Positions 35,977 through 51,079 of a stretch of 64,000 nt of DNA are shown here, piece by piece (the stretch's first letter is position 1; every line of letters starts with the position of its first letter). Source of the DNA: Paragordius varius (lineage: Eukaryota; Animalia; Nematomorpha); NCBI GenBank assembly GCA_964247055.1, contig OZ176051.1, positions 1,178,001 to 1,242,000 of the forward strand, given 5' to 3'. The translations under genes and the position numbers were made by a program. The notes under the pieces are model-generated. The model had not been told where the DNA came from. It saw only the letters and a program-made list of their open reading frames with translations, and did not search any database.

Positions 35977-38900
35977 TCACAATCTCTCCACCATTATCTC
36001 AGGTTCGGGGCTCAGCATAGCTAGAGGTCGTGTATTTTGAGGGCTAAAAAATTCAATTGCATATATTTACCAAAATGTCAAAATTATATAAGGAGCAATT
36101 AAAGTAAGGTTAAAAAAACCACAAACAGTTTATATTGATAATATCTTGATACCATAATTTTAAAGATATGTACCCCAAATGGTCATTGGCGACGTCAGGT
36201 AACATGTTAATTTCAGGCGCTTCAAAATGGAAATATTTTGAGGATATAAGATTGTCCATATTGCTATTGGGAGTATTATTATGCGATTGGGATGGGTAAA
36301 TCGGTAAGTTAGCGCATAAAGGATTTATAGTCGTATTTTCCATTTTATGTGAAGGACTTAATATATTTTCTTCATTACAATGAATTTTTTCCAACTCCAT
36401 TTGAAGTTTGGAAGCGTTGAATGAGAATTGCGGAATTTTTAAGTTGTTTGTTGTTCCTGATTTTGCGGGTTTAGTAAATCGTTTAAGTGAAAAGTAGGAA
36501 TTTTCAGAACCACGTTTAGTATTCAACGTGTGATAACTATAGCAAAACAGCAAAATATTTAAAAATATTCACTTTATTATATTGTACTTTATTAATAAGT
36601 TTAAAAATATATTTAGCAAGAATTGAAATACCCTGAAGACGTCATTCCAATGGAAGTTTGGCTCTTTTTTTCTTCATTTTCTTCGGTGTCGAGGAGACAA
36701 TTATCTTGTGTTTGAAGCGATAAATTTGATACAGCTTGTCCATCAACTGCAAAAATATAACAAATTTCATTTATTATCTTATCTAGTTAAATTACATGGA
36801 AGTTTTTGCATTAAAAATTGAAATACAGACATTAAGTGAAAACAAAAAGATAAGACTTAAAAAGTCTACTGTGTTAATTATGTTTTATCCATATAATTTA
36901 ATTTTTACTGTAACGATATAATTGGGAGGTTATGACTAAATTTAAACAAAAACCCAAATTTAATTACAATTTTTCAAGGAATTGACTACATCTTAAAAGC
37001 GTAATTTATCCTTTCGAATAAGTGGACAAAACGCTTTTGAGTTAAGTAAATTCTTAACTGTTTCTCGATTAGGTAGAAAAAGTGTTTTTATAGTAGTATT
37101 CATCTTTTAGAGATATGCAAAAACTAAATATATTTATACCTATTGAATCAGTAGGTGATGAAGTTTGGTAATTTAAATGATTGGAAATAGTAGATGTAGT
37201 TACTGGGCCATTATCGATATCGCCATCAGGTGAAAGACTAGCGCTCCCTGTGCTGACCGAACAAGAATTCGTGCTTGTATTGCTTTTAATACTGGGGACT
37301 CTCATACAGTTTAAACCGGTATTCGTATTAGTATTTAGGGTGGTGCCAAGAATATTTCCGTAATTTAAATTATTTCTTTCATAATCAATAAAGTTTTTGT
37401 TCCAAACACGATCGTCAAATTCTTTTGACAATCTTTCTTGTGGGATAGTTGAATAATTATTGTGTATTGGCTATTAAAATATATAAATTTGCATTATAAT
37501 TTACGATATACAAAGATTAGTCTTATTAGATATTTATTTGGATTAAGTGTATTAATTTAATAGATTTTTTAAAAGTTTTTCCAACAAGTCAATATATAGA
37601 TATACCTGTTTATATTTATTTGAAGCCTTATTTCCATAAATTTTAATCCTATCCGAAAAATTAAAAATGATTTCTGTGATAATTAGATTTATAAATTCCT
37701 TAAATGTGAAACATCAATTATTTATTAAGGATTTTAATTTGGAAACATATTAAAACTGATCGCTTTACATAAAATTAGCATTTTAATTTCTATACCCATT
37801 ATCAACATGTTACAAGATTTAGTATATTAACCTCGGGCGTTTTTCCACAGCGAGTAATATAGAAATTATTTAGATTGTTGCAATGAAATAGGGAATCATC
37901 CGTTTGGCAAATTTTGTCAGCAGTGGATTTGATTGCATTCTTTTGTGTTCCATTTCCAGGGTATTTATAATTTAGTGGCGAATGGTTATGCGTATTGTGA
38001 TAAGAAGATAATTCAGAGTATTCGTCCAAGTCCTCAATAACATCGTGAAAATATACCAGAGGGGCAACATTCAAATGCTGTTTTTCGTTATTTCTTACTA
38101 TTTCTGTTTTACTGATATTTTCATTTCTAACAACAGTACAGTTGAATGGACTTTTTTCATTACCAGTTTTGTGGTCAGTAAGCGGCGATATATTCCAAAG
38201 ATCAAGGGAGTGACGTTTAGAAAACAAAGCATTACGTCGAGACAGTTTTGCCGTACTATTTTTGACATACGAAGAGGCCTTTTTATTAAGTGTTGAATGA
38301 TCGAACAAACAACATTCCATCTCTTCGCATGGTAATGAACACTGTTTCGTTAATTTTGGTCTGATCCTATAGAAATATATAATTTATGATAGGGTTTTTG
38401 AGAAATTCACACTTTTTTCTTGCTTGTAAAAATTGAAAAATGAGCTACACGTAATAATTTTTATAAAATTAAAAAATTACTTTTTTGGTGGGATTCGATG
38501 GGCATTATTCAAGTCTAAATTGACAAAAGAGGAATATGATTGATAAATATTGCGTTCTCGAACATTCGTTGGTTTTGATTTGATTGGAAAATTAAAATCG
38601 GATCTCCAATCGTTCGAAGATTGGTTTGTATTGAAAGGGTTAGCAAAAATATTTGTATTCGGCTTAACATGGCTTTGTAAATTTGTCGAAGCAATGGCCT
38701 TAAAAATGGCTGGTTCATATGAATTAGCATCGAAATAGAATGGCAAATCAGTATTTTGAACGCTTTGTCCAATTTTTTTGAAACAAGCATTTAATTTTGA
38801 TTCAATATGAGCGAAATCATTAGGACATTTTGGAGAAGACAAATTTTCATTAACACTAGTCCTGTTTTTATCAATATGGTGAGTATTGTTTTGGATTGCG

Positions 38901-41900
38901 GTTTTATACGACGTCATAGTAGGTTCCTTTATTATGAAAAATAAATTAAAATTGGCCATTTAAGTGATAGTTTTTATTTCACAGTCGAAAACAAAATTAT
39001 CAAAACGTACCGTTTCCAATGTTTCTATTAATCGTTGAAGAGTGAATGAAAGTTCCTTACCAATATCAATCTTTGGGTTTTTAGCATGTAATAAACCAAA
39101 ATCACCGGATGTCTAGAGTTGGTTAAAATTAAATAAAAAATAAAAAACTATTGCTAACAATAAAATATATTTTATGAGAAAGGAGATATACTTTAAAGAA
39201 TGGCGGTTGCAAAACATGGGATAATTCTGACGAAGCTGTTTCCTGGGAAGATATTTTATGCAAAAATAATTTCATGGTTGAACTTTCTCGTTCAACGAAA
39301 TAATTCATGAAAGTCATATAATGTTCCTTTCCACCGAATCTATGAAATCAAGAATTAATTGAGTTTTAATGCATAAATTTGTTAAAAAAATATTTTTATT
39401 TTACTTGTTAGAATTTGCCAGAGTTTGAATAGTTTTAGCAATGAGAGTGAGATTTCGGGCAGGAACATCCCCAGGATATTGTTGGCACAAACCAAAGAGA
39501 CTGGGCGATAGGATGGCAGGACAGAGAAAACGCAAAAAGATGGAAGCACTGATAACATTAGCACTCATTTCTGGTTTATAACCAAGCGAGGTGAGTCTTT
39601 CCCGTATAGAATGGAATACGCGCTTCAGTGATCTGCAATAATTTTGGATTTTAAAGAAAAAATTGATTAAAGATCGAAAAAATTATAATAAAATGATGAT
39701 CAATCATACTTTGGGAAATAGGCGTAAGAATTGACAATACTTCGCCAACACATTTCACAGTAAAGCATTAAGTTTTGTTGATTACGAAATAGTAAATGTT
39801 GGGCATTAGTTGAATTGTAATCTGCGGAGCCTATACAACAATCCACAAAAATATTTGATTTTCATCCACGAAAATAAAATTACTAAAAAGAAAAAAATAT
39901 TATATAAAGTGATATATTTATGCCTAATTTATGAGTTTGATTTTTGTCCAAAATATTTAAACGTTGAGAAAACGATGCCTACAAGAGAATATTTTCCAAG
40001 AAATATATACCAAATTTTAGTCGAGCTGGATCAACTTCACAATTATCGCCGGCATCAAGGACAACCCTAATGAAATGGGCGAGGGTTTGGCCCAAATAAT
40101 CCTTCCCACAAAATTTCATGTAAGCCTCAACCGCTTTGGTAGCAAGTGAATTGCCGCGAAATGTCAGATTCTCATTTTCTAATTATTATTATTATTAAAT
40201 AAAGTTTATCATAATATCAAATACCATTATACGCATTTAAAAATATATATTTCAATGCAAAAGAAATTCACCAATTTTTTCAATCTCCATTTCTACCAGC
40301 TTGGTTAGAAATGTTTCAGCCATATCGAAATTCTCAAAGATATTAACAAGTGAAGCTGATAAATCTTCTTTGGCTTTTATGGAAATGCATGATTCCAAGT
40401 ATTGGCAAATTGAGGGGTAGTCGTCCAATAATAGCTAAAAAAGCAATTAGAATGTTTATTATACGGTAAAAAATATTATTATATAGACAAAATGAAATAT
40501 AAAGAACAACTTTTTTTTGAAAACATTTAACTTGTTTTTTATAAATATAAGTTGCTGTTTTATGGTGGTGGTCTACTCCGTATAATTTAAATTTTTAGTG
40601 TTTGTTAAAGATTAAATATTATTGAACATTTAGAAAAAGTCAAAAACATTGTGTAATATTTTTAATGTCTATTCAAATATTGGGACAAATTTTTACTTGT
40701 AAGAAATCACTGTACATGGCAAGTGGGAGAATATTGAAGGTTTGATAACGTGCTTTTATACGAATACTGCAAGTATTTTGTTGTTGATGGTTCCCTGTAT
40801 TTTTGTATTTGGGGAAAGATGGAAAGAAAAGCAATTTCTTGGGTGAAATTTCTTCAAGAGGTGGAGTCAGACTCAAACCATAAGCCGAAGTGCTCATAAG
40901 ATTAGGATTATTGCTTTTAGAAACGCCTAAAGACTGCTCATCACAACTTTTGATAGAATACCACGTTTCGTGGAATTGAGAACCAGTTATGGATTGTATA
41001 GGGATTCGTACACTGCCTACATTTTAAATGGGGATTAAAAAAACTTAACAAGAGAAAAATTAAAAATAATTATATTAGCATTACCAATAAAACGATGTTT
41101 GTTTGATGGCTTAGTTCCCAGATAGTTGGATAAGGAAGGTGTTGTAGTACATTCTCGTGTGTTCCCAAGCGAAAGAGAATGATTTATGTTAGCTTTATTT
41201 TTTGCCATTTTCCTATTTTTACTGGATCCCCATTTCAAGAAGGAATTGGTGGTGTTTGATTTATTTGAGTTTTCATTTTGTAAAAATCCGCGGAAAATTT
41301 TGACTGTCAACCAATTTACGGGCGGGAGATTCGTGAAATCAAACGTTTCCCCCCAAAAACATAAATCGCTTTTTGGTTTGGCTGATGTGCGTCCATAGAA
41401 ATGGTCATCGAGATAGATTTCACAGAAATAACTTTTTTTAGCTGGGATGCCTTTGGCCTCCAAAATCCAAATTTGTAAATTATTTTCTCGCCTAGCCATC
41501 ACATTTTTCCAGGGATCGAATGCATTTCTAAGGCTAAAAATAGTTTTTTATAAAATTATAATCGTAAGTATCAAAAGAAAACTTTCAATATGAATTATGG
41601 AAACATAACATATCTATAAAACGTAAATTTATATACCTGCCCAACCAGGTCAAATATTCCCCGTAAGAGTTGAAAGAATAAATAATGTCTTTATTGAGAG
41701 CAGGAATTTTATTTGGCAAAGCATGACAAGTTTGCATTTTAATGGAATATGGCGAAATAATTCGTTGGTCATCATTTGGTGTGGAAGAAAGGAGGAGTGA
41801 TTGGTGAATGGCATTGATATTATTGATTTTGACTTTATGATCATCACCATCTGTATGAATACTTTTTTGTTGCAAATAATGATATAAATCGCCAGTAGGA

Positions 41901-44900
41901 AAGTTTATACTGTGGTGCATTTGCAAAGGGAGTCGTTGGTTTAATCGCTTTTTGATAAATTTATTATTCTCATTTTCGGAATAGTGAATGTTTTGGTGGT
42001 TATTTAACTCAGAAGCAGGATTTTCAATGTTAAAATTATGGTGAAAGGATGGCGTTTCCAAGCCCTCACAATAGTTATTGGTAGTAAATGCTAAAAGACT
42101 GTTTCGTCTCATTTTGTGTTTGTCATCCGTATTCTCAGATAAACAATGATTGCTATTTTTCATGTAGGAAGGTAATAGATTCAACATTTTAAAACTGCTG
42201 TTATTGCTGTTGTTTTTTAATTTCTTGGAAGAATTATAAATTGTTGGATTCGGGGTAGGATTAGTTGTGTTATTCAATGTTTCGCTGTTAATAATGAAAG
42301 GAGTGGACAATTTAACACGATCCTCTGCCTTGATTATTGCTGGTGGGATAAATGTTTCCTTTTCTTGAATATTTGCACAATTTTTATGCGATTGTAAAGT
42401 ATTAAACTTTAGTGAATGGCTACTGTAATGATAATTAACAATTCCATTTCCATGTTGTTTCTTGCTGGCGTTTTGGCGAAAATGTTTGGTTTTTTTGAAA
42501 GGTTTCAACCAAGAATCTTGAGATGATTGGGTCCCAATCGGTCTGTGTGTTAAATATATAAAATAAGGACTTGTTTAAAATACAATATTGTTTATAGTTT
42601 TAATTACGAAAGGAATTAATACTAAGAGAGTCTTAAAAGACAATCGTGTTTTGAAAATATATTATTATTATAGTATATTGTTGTGCAATATTGAGTAATA
42701 AAGTGTTGTATTGAAGAGAAAAGATTAATAATATATCATAATATTTATTGAAAAGTTTAAAGAGTTGAGGAAATATAGATTATATGTGGAAAGAATCCGA
42801 TGGATTTAGAATTAAATTTTTTTAAAGTTATATTATAATGATAATATTTATTATACGATATATGATAAAATAAAGTATAAAATAAACAATGAGAACTCTC
42901 CTGCATGCTTAATACAATATTTACTTATAGATATATTTATAATTTTAAAATTACCTGTATATTTATTTTTCTATGTAATGATAAAAAATTAAAGCAAAAA
43001 ACAAGGTTGTGTGAGTTTTGATGTGACATTATATCGTATATATACATATATTTGAAAACTGATCCTTTCTTGATTAATTTCTTTTTTTGATAATTGACTT
43101 TGCATAAATTAATTGGCTATTTTTTGGGATAATAGCAAGCATATATAATCTTAGAGGAAATATATAATTAAAGTATAATCTATTTTCCCATCAAAATAAA
43201 TGGAGGAAATTGAGTTTAAAAGATCAAAAGTTTCAGATATGAATTACTTTAATCTTTTATACTTTTTAACCAAAAAAAATTTATCGTATGTTAAAGTTTG
43301 ACAACAAAATATTCAGTATTTTCTAAACAACTATCACAAAACAATAAATATAGGAAGTATCATATTATTAATATTATATATCTGTTGTATAGCGAAATTT
43401 TCAAAAGACAATGGGAATGATTAAATCTTGTAATACAATTATTTGTAATATAAAATAAATACAGTTGAAATGATAATATTTGTTGCCTCTATTGAAATTT
43501 TTCCTTAGTATATATATATAGAGGAAGGAAGTTGAATTACAAATTTTAAAATATAAACAAATTAATTTAATTGCTTTTGGCAGATGATTAAACATTGTTA
43601 AACATTTGGGGTTTTCAAACATTTGGGGTTTTCAAGTCATCTAAGAACGTTTTATTATTTATAAATTCCTTAGATATGAACGAATAAAAGTATAATCATC
43701 CTTAACCTCAAAAAATAAATTATTTTGATAAAAAATCGAAAATTAAATTATCTCTATTAACTCTTTTAAAGAGTTGACTTAATTTTCTTTGAACCTAAAT
43801 GTATATCTTTAATATAAATTAGCACCTAGTTGATAAGAAAAGGTTCAGATATACTTTATTTATCAAAATTTCAAAATTTTTACTTAATAACTATAAATTT
43901 TAATAAAGTAAGCAATTTTCAATTAGGAAATCATTTTTTTGAATTGAACATTGGTGCTATTTTTGTAACACTTTTTTTTGTAAAATGATAAATCATACTA
44001 TATAAGAGTGTCAATGACTCTCAAAAGAGATTATAAGAATATTCTAGAATGTGTTGAGCGCATATGTGTGATGTGATCTGATGTCAGGATGTGTAGATTA
44101 ATTAATTATTTAAATAGTTTGTATATAATCACTATTTTTGTGATTATATAGAAAAATTTTATAAATTCAATTTAATTTATTCTTCCTTTCTTCCTTCCTT
44201 CCTATGGAACAAAAAATTAAAGGTGCAAACACATTATTATTTATATTATCTAATATAATTTAATTAATTTAATTTTTTTTCTTTAAATAAACGGATTAAT
44301 AAGTCATGACTCTTGCATACTCCAATCATAAAATATATAATTATATTTTTATGCTTACTAAAAATTTTAATTTTGATAAAAATTTATTTTTGTTTTTTAT
44401 ACATTTAAAATAGCCAATATGTCTAACAAACAATAATTAAAGGCTTAAATAAAGTAAAAGGTCGCTTTAAAAAAGAAATAGGATAATATGTATATTAGGC
44501 AATAATTTATTTTCTGCAAAGTAAAAAAATGATTATCGATATTTTGTCAAGAAAATAAGATCAAAAGAATCAGTTTAAAGACAAATTTGCCGACACAAAA
44601 TGATAATGAGATAGATGCTTGAGAAAAAAGAGAGATTATAAACTCAACAAATAAAATAAATTAGTTTCAGGTTCAATTCAATGAAGTTAATTGTCGTATT
44701 TTTATATTAACTATAATCTTATCAAAGTATATCACCATTCATAATAAACTAAAGACATACTATTATGATGTTATAATTAAAAATCGATATAAGTACTTGT
44801 TAATAGTATTATCTTGTTGATGTCCTTGAAGAGAAGACAATATTTGAGAGTTAAAAAATGCCGTTTTTTCCATAGAATTTTCAATTTTGAAATTGAAATT

Positions 44901-47900
44901 TTGAGTTAAGTTTTCTTTACCATTGATTTTAAGGGCACTTTTAGTTCGTTTAATTCCGTTGGTTTTATTTTTCATACTTTTTGCGTGAGTCAACGTGTTC
45001 CACACCTAAATATATATTTAACCGATAATATTATTTTATTTAAGAAGCAATAGAGTAACTGAATTACTTGTTGAAAATTACCATTTGTATAGGACAATTT
45101 TATAATTTAATTAGTAAAGCTAGATTATCTTAATATTAAAAATATTTAATTTGATGGTTTAAATTAAAAATGCGTGATTACACGAAGAAATACAAAACAG
45201 GAGAATTGGGTTAAGCAATCATTAATGTAGGTATAATATATACTATATAACCAAATCGATTATTAATTTTTTAGTAAATATTTTGATTTTTATTGAATAC
45301 ATACAAAAATGCATGTTGTAAAATATATATTTAAAAACACACACTTTTTCTTATTTTAAAATGACTTAAAATATTTTTAAAAGTTAAAAAAAAGAAAATT
45401 ACAGATATTAGAGACAGACTGGAACGATGATGGTGATTTTGCTGGGAAGTTTTCATCATAATGTTGTATTTTGCTGTTCGGAAAATGCAATTTGCTTTAT
45501 TTTCATGCAGTGTTGATGGCCCCAAATCTATAAAATTTTATTAAATATATAGTGAAACTCAAATGTTTATTAAAGAACTTGAATTATTTTACGTAAAAAA
45601 GTACACTGAGTTACATATGCAGTTAATTATTTATGTTGTGTGTATATTGCATAAAAATTTAGGGAAATAGGATTAACCGCTCATATATATATTGGTTGTT
45701 ATTGATTATATCATTTTTTTCAATATTTTTTTTACTATAACCAAACCTTAAATTTCTTTTAACTAATTACAAACAGATTACAAATATTGTATAGCTAGCT
45801 AACAAGCAGATCGTGAATGCAAAATATTTATAAAAAACGGGGAAAAAAACGGAAAAAAATCAGTTTAAGAGCGTAAGATTAATTAGAAAAAAAACTGTAA
45901 GAAATGTGGTTTTATTTTCATTATATTATGTAACTTCTTAGAGACCGAACGAGTTCAAAGATCCGATTTCATTATTCAATATTATTTTATGCTATTACAA
46001 ATATATATATAAATAGCAAGCTTAAACTTTTAATCAAAAACATTTTTTTACCAATAATATTTAAAATTATATTATCTTATTTTATTATAAATGTATAAAC
46101 TAAAATTTTATTGATTAACACAATAGTTATGTTGTGTCCTTTATTAGAAAAATTAAAAATTAACAATAAAATTCGGTCATTCACACGCCACATAAAGTAA
46201 GTGGACACAAATTAAAAACAAAATGGTTTATGCCTATATATGAATTTTATTTTTATCCATAAGTTTAGAAAGAAAGAATAAAACTTGTTTAAATCATAAT
46301 CAATATGGTAGAAACATGTTTTAATGGTAAAACCTGTTAGATTAATAATTATTGTTTTTTGTTATTCAATAATATAAAGTCTATTAAAGTGATTGCTTTC
46401 TGGTCTCACTTAACTTTGCAAATAATAGTAATAGAATATTTTTATAGCTTTTAAAACTGTTAGAAACATTGTTTCAAATACTTTTAGATTTGTCATTAAT
46501 AATTTTGAAATGAAAATAATATATATATAGAACCTGAAAGGTGTCAAGTGAATATTTTGATTACAAGAATATAAATTTGGATATTTTCATATTGGCAGAA
46601 ATATTGGTAAAAAACAGTAAAATAATATAATTTATGAAAATATTTCCAGCAAAATAATTATCCGATGATAGGATAAACTAAAATCAATGTGGTGACCTCT
46701 TTCTTTCTTTATGCTACAATCACAAACACGATAAAAAGAACAAAAAAACATCATTATTGATAAGTAAAAACCGGATTTTATTCAATAAAGTTTTTTAGGT
46801 TTAGATAATTTTATCAATCCAATCACACAGTATAATATCAAACATTTTCCCAGATAAAGGTAAAAAACCAATTTGAATAGATATGGATTAACAAAAATTC
46901 AACAAAAATTAATATCATAAAAATGCAAAATAGCTTGTAAAAAAATTAACAACAATTTAACAACTCTTCCTTTTTCTCTCCATATGTGCAATCATTAAAA
47001 TTGTTAAATGATAAATATAAAAAGATATAATGACGCGACAAAAAACATAATTTATATAAATTTTTATTGTGTTTTACGAGTGGGGGGAAGAACAGAAAAA
47101 ACCGGAAAAGGAAAAAAAAGCATGATTCATAAATTATGAAAAAAATGTTATATATATTTATAAATCACTTTTTTAATACATAAAACGAAACTTTTATAAA
47201 TTTTTATAAGCTCTTTATTATAGAATCCAAAATGGTCTCCCCTGATTTGTAATCAAAATCAAATTACATTTTTTCCATATTATATAAAAAAAATCTTTCT
47301 GAAATCAGTCCAACTTAAGAAGTCAAGTGACTCAACAATATTTATACACGCATTTTGCATTAATTTTGTGTGAAATATTAACTTTTTTTTTCATTGCACA
47401 ACAGTATTTTTATAAGTAAAAATGTGTAAAGTGTGAAAACTAATAGAGCGGAAAATTATCTATCTAATATCCATAATTACTTTTTTTTATGAATGCCATA
47501 AAATCTCTAATCTATAGATTGCAACATTTTTTCCATTTGTATTCTCTTGCTTGCTTAAATTGTAAAGACTCTCTCTATTAGCGGAGTGGATAGAGGGACA
47601 ATGCAAAAACACATAAACTAATCGATAATTTTTGATGGAAAAAATAAAATAAAATAACTTTTTACTTAACCTATTTTAATTTCTTTAATCACAAAAAAAT
47701 GTTGACAAAGTCATAATTTTATATGAAAAAAAATGGTGGCTTAATGTAACAGACCATATCCTTACATTATCCTCATCACTTCTCAGGGGAAATAAAAGAG
47801 TCATTTCAAAAGTAATCAAAAAACACATTGGAAAACGTTTTCAATTAAAATGTTATTAAGGAAAAATTGCGGCATTATATCTGTTAATTTAGAATTAAAA

Positions 47901-50524
47901 TTTGACAGATTAAACTTAATAATTTACCGTAACCTATGTTATATGCGACTCAATGAAAGGTATTATTGAAATAAAAATATTGACACTATACATATTGAAA
48001 TTCTTAATTTGGACATTTTTAAAAACTTTCATTTTCTAAAAAAAGGTAAAGTTATTTTGGTTGATAGACCGCGGTGTATTCTTGTTTTTTATCAGTGCAT
48101 TTAAAAAACAGTCCATTCGATAACTGGTTATCAAAATAATCATTTTTTTCAAATATGAAATTTAAGTATAAAATAACATACATGAGGATCTAATATATAT
48201 ATGGACTGCTGTATTTCCAAAACACATAATTGAAAACTTAAAATCAGTCAAATTAACAAGTTTTTTTTATAAAACTCCTAAAAAAATGTTGTATTGGTTA
48301 AAATACCACAACTAATATCAATCATTTTTGCTAAAAAAGCATTAGACATTTCCTTTTTTTGTTTGTGGTAAAAACAAACACCTGTCTAAATAAAGGGCAT
48401 TAACCATTTTTTGCCCAATAATTATTAATGAAAACTATAAACTTATATGAATTTGCAGCCTGAATTTTATCTTGAGGAAGGCTTTAAATTAACTGTAAAA
48501 ATTATTTGAATGAACCCCAAAATATCTATAAAACAAAACGAATAAACATTAAAATTTGGTTTTGATATCCCAACTGAGCTTAAAAATACAATCGAGGAAG
48601 AGGGTTTGGACTTCATAAAAAATTTAAAAACATATTATTTTGTCCCAATAATATATTCATAAGGGGTTTCAAAAAAGAATTCCTTTCAACTTTATTTTTA
48701 ATTTATCTGTATTATTCAATTATTATTAACGACTTCTGATATATTTTAAATATAAATAGTAAAAGTTTTCCAATTCTTCAGAAGTTTGCAGAAAAATAAA
48801 AAAAATAAATTGATTTAACAGTCACTTTTAATATGATAAATTAAAACCAATTCTAGCGTTTATGGGGGCAAAATATTACTTTACAAATTAACCCCTTAAA
48901 TTCTAACATTAAAATGATATATCTACAAAACCAAACACTAAATTTAAAATAAGTTTTTTCCAAAATTGTGACTTTTTAAATAAAAAATCAGCATTTTAAT
49001 ATAATAAAACAAACAAGGACGGATAAAGTTTTAGTTTGTGAAAATTAGTTCATTTAAAAATAAAAAAACTACCATTGGATGTGTATGAGGTGGTCATATC
49101 AGACCCCACAAAAGATTCTTCCATATCCAAAGTAGAAAGGGAACTGTTTCGGTTTGCGCCATTTAAATGGTTTAGTTTTTTGACAAAATTGAAACGTTCA
49201 TAAAAGGGTATGCGTGAATCCTTTTTTCTTTCAACTTGAGGTGTATAGTAACCATTGAAATAATTTTCTGGTGAATTTAACTGGTCGTATTTTTTTTCTT
49301 CAGAGATCCTTGGAAAAATGTTTGAAGAACTTATCGCTTGATCTTCAGGTACTGTAGTTAAGAATTTTCTATGCTTTCGAGAACTTTTAAAACTAATGGG
49401 GTCGTCTGATAATTCTAACTTTTTACCAGCGGGACACATAGATATGGTTGAATTTGTGTTTGAGGTTTCTACTACTTGACAGGATGGCTGATTAATAATA
49501 TCTTGCCACCATTCGTGAAAACTTAAATCTAGGAAAGAATTGCCTGTGTCAGTTGAAGATTTTGTTGAAGGGAAAAACATATTTTGACTTTTAAACCAAT
49601 TTTTATTCGTAAGTTTTTGAACTAAACTCCTATCAGATGATAAATTTGGTGTACAAGGAGCGCTATGATGGATTTGTTCGGAATAAGTACTTTCTTGCGA
49701 CACATGAGATACAAAAGATTTTCGAAACCAAATTTTTCTTTTGACAGCCGAAGTGAAATGTGGAGCGTGCAATTTTAAACTTTCCTTTTGAGAATTAATG
49801 GGAATACAGCCGTCTGAATCATTTAATATATCCTACAACAATAAGAAATATTTATTTAACCAAAAAAAACTGTTTGGAATTTCGTGAAAAATAATTTTCA
49901 ACACACAATTGTTTCAATTTAAAATAAATATGAAAGGAAAGGATAGGACAGGTGTGCAAAAAACATATTGCTTTCATTATTGTTATTGTTATTGCAGTTC
50001 GATCTGGTTGGCATATTTATTAACCCAATTTATTATTTTCGAAAAAATATGTTTTATGCGAAGCTAAATAATTAATTATTTAATTTAATTGGCAAAAAGT
50101 AGAATATGAATATTCAAATTTGCATTTTAATCAATCAAGGTCGTTGCCCTCTGCCAAATTAATTTTCGAAATTTAATCACGTAACCACTTTTATGTGAAC
50201 CGGAATAAGGTTAAAAATGCTAATTTTTTTTGGTAAAAAATCTTCAAATGTGATAATTTTCTACAGCTTTTTACTTAAATCAAAAATAATTTATTAGCAA
50301 ATATAAATAAATGGTTAAATATTTGATTTAAATTTTAATACGATTAATTTTTATAAACTAAATTGTTATGAACAAACTTTTTATGGGAGTTAATTTGATA
50401 TTCTTCGAAAACTATACCTTAAAAGTTTGACAGACCAGTCGAAATTTTTTTGATTGAAAATTTCCATCTTGATACAAACTGATCCATGCCGGACACCATT
50501 CACTTTCAGTTGGATTGATAGGGT
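35977..50524 (-). CDS. SynGAP/DAB2IP/RASAL2-family RasGAP (split PH, C2, RasGAP, long low-complexity tail), 5' incomplete. Exons 50524-50418, 49832-49073, 45527-45403, 45005-44797, 42542-41637, 41533-41085, 41016-40697, 40434-40272, 40178-40011, 39830-39710, 39632-39405, 39339-39192, 39112-39011, 38926-38481, 38366-37832, 37470-37140, 36746-36632, 36536-36174, 36043-35977
   Basis: IKRTKS, C2 [103 protein letters not shown] and IDIGKELS. All splice phases are mutually consistent. Core exons are high confidence; the first and last few exons rest on phase and splice signals. Confidence 0.88.
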
Positions 50525-51079
50525 CTATTACTATTTAGAAGACAAAATATAAATATTCAGTGCTTTTCAATATTATATTGACAAAAAAATTTATTTTTTC
50601 AGATAAATTATGATTTTTCAAAAGTTTATGAATAATATAAAGCACAATTATCAAAAAATAATTTTAAAAGACTTTGTATTTAATCGATATAATTGGATTT
50701 AATTGCTAGGCTGTAACCAGGGCGGTCAAAAGACCGATATACTATATATTCGCAAGAATTTAAATACTAGAAAAAAGTTATTGCATTTTTTCTGCTATTA
50801 ACCGAAATCAAGAACATTATGTCAAATAAAATTTCATACCATATAGAGTAAAACACAAGAGCTATCTGTTAGGTGTGCAAAAGGTACCGTTTATTATTAT
50901 ACCTGTTTAATACTAAAACACAGACAAGAAAATATAGTTGAAATTTGATATCTATGCCCCGTCAAAAGTCGCTATTGTAATTAATTAAAAAAATAATTTT
51001 TAACCCGGGTGGATCAAATATTTTTTCTGTATATCAATAAAAATTGGTGTGCGCATTAATAATCAGAATGAACTTAACT

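Noticed and set aside
39831-39978. Possible extra RasGAP exon (39978-~39925) with a GC-AG intron
   Set aside because: The phase from the upstream exon gives a stop, and direct splicing 40011 to 39830 restores the conserved [10 protein letters not shown] alignment.
43600-43633. 17-bp direct duplication AAACATTTGGGGTTTTC x2
   Set aside because: Two-copy local slippage duplication in an intron; not telomeric and no array.
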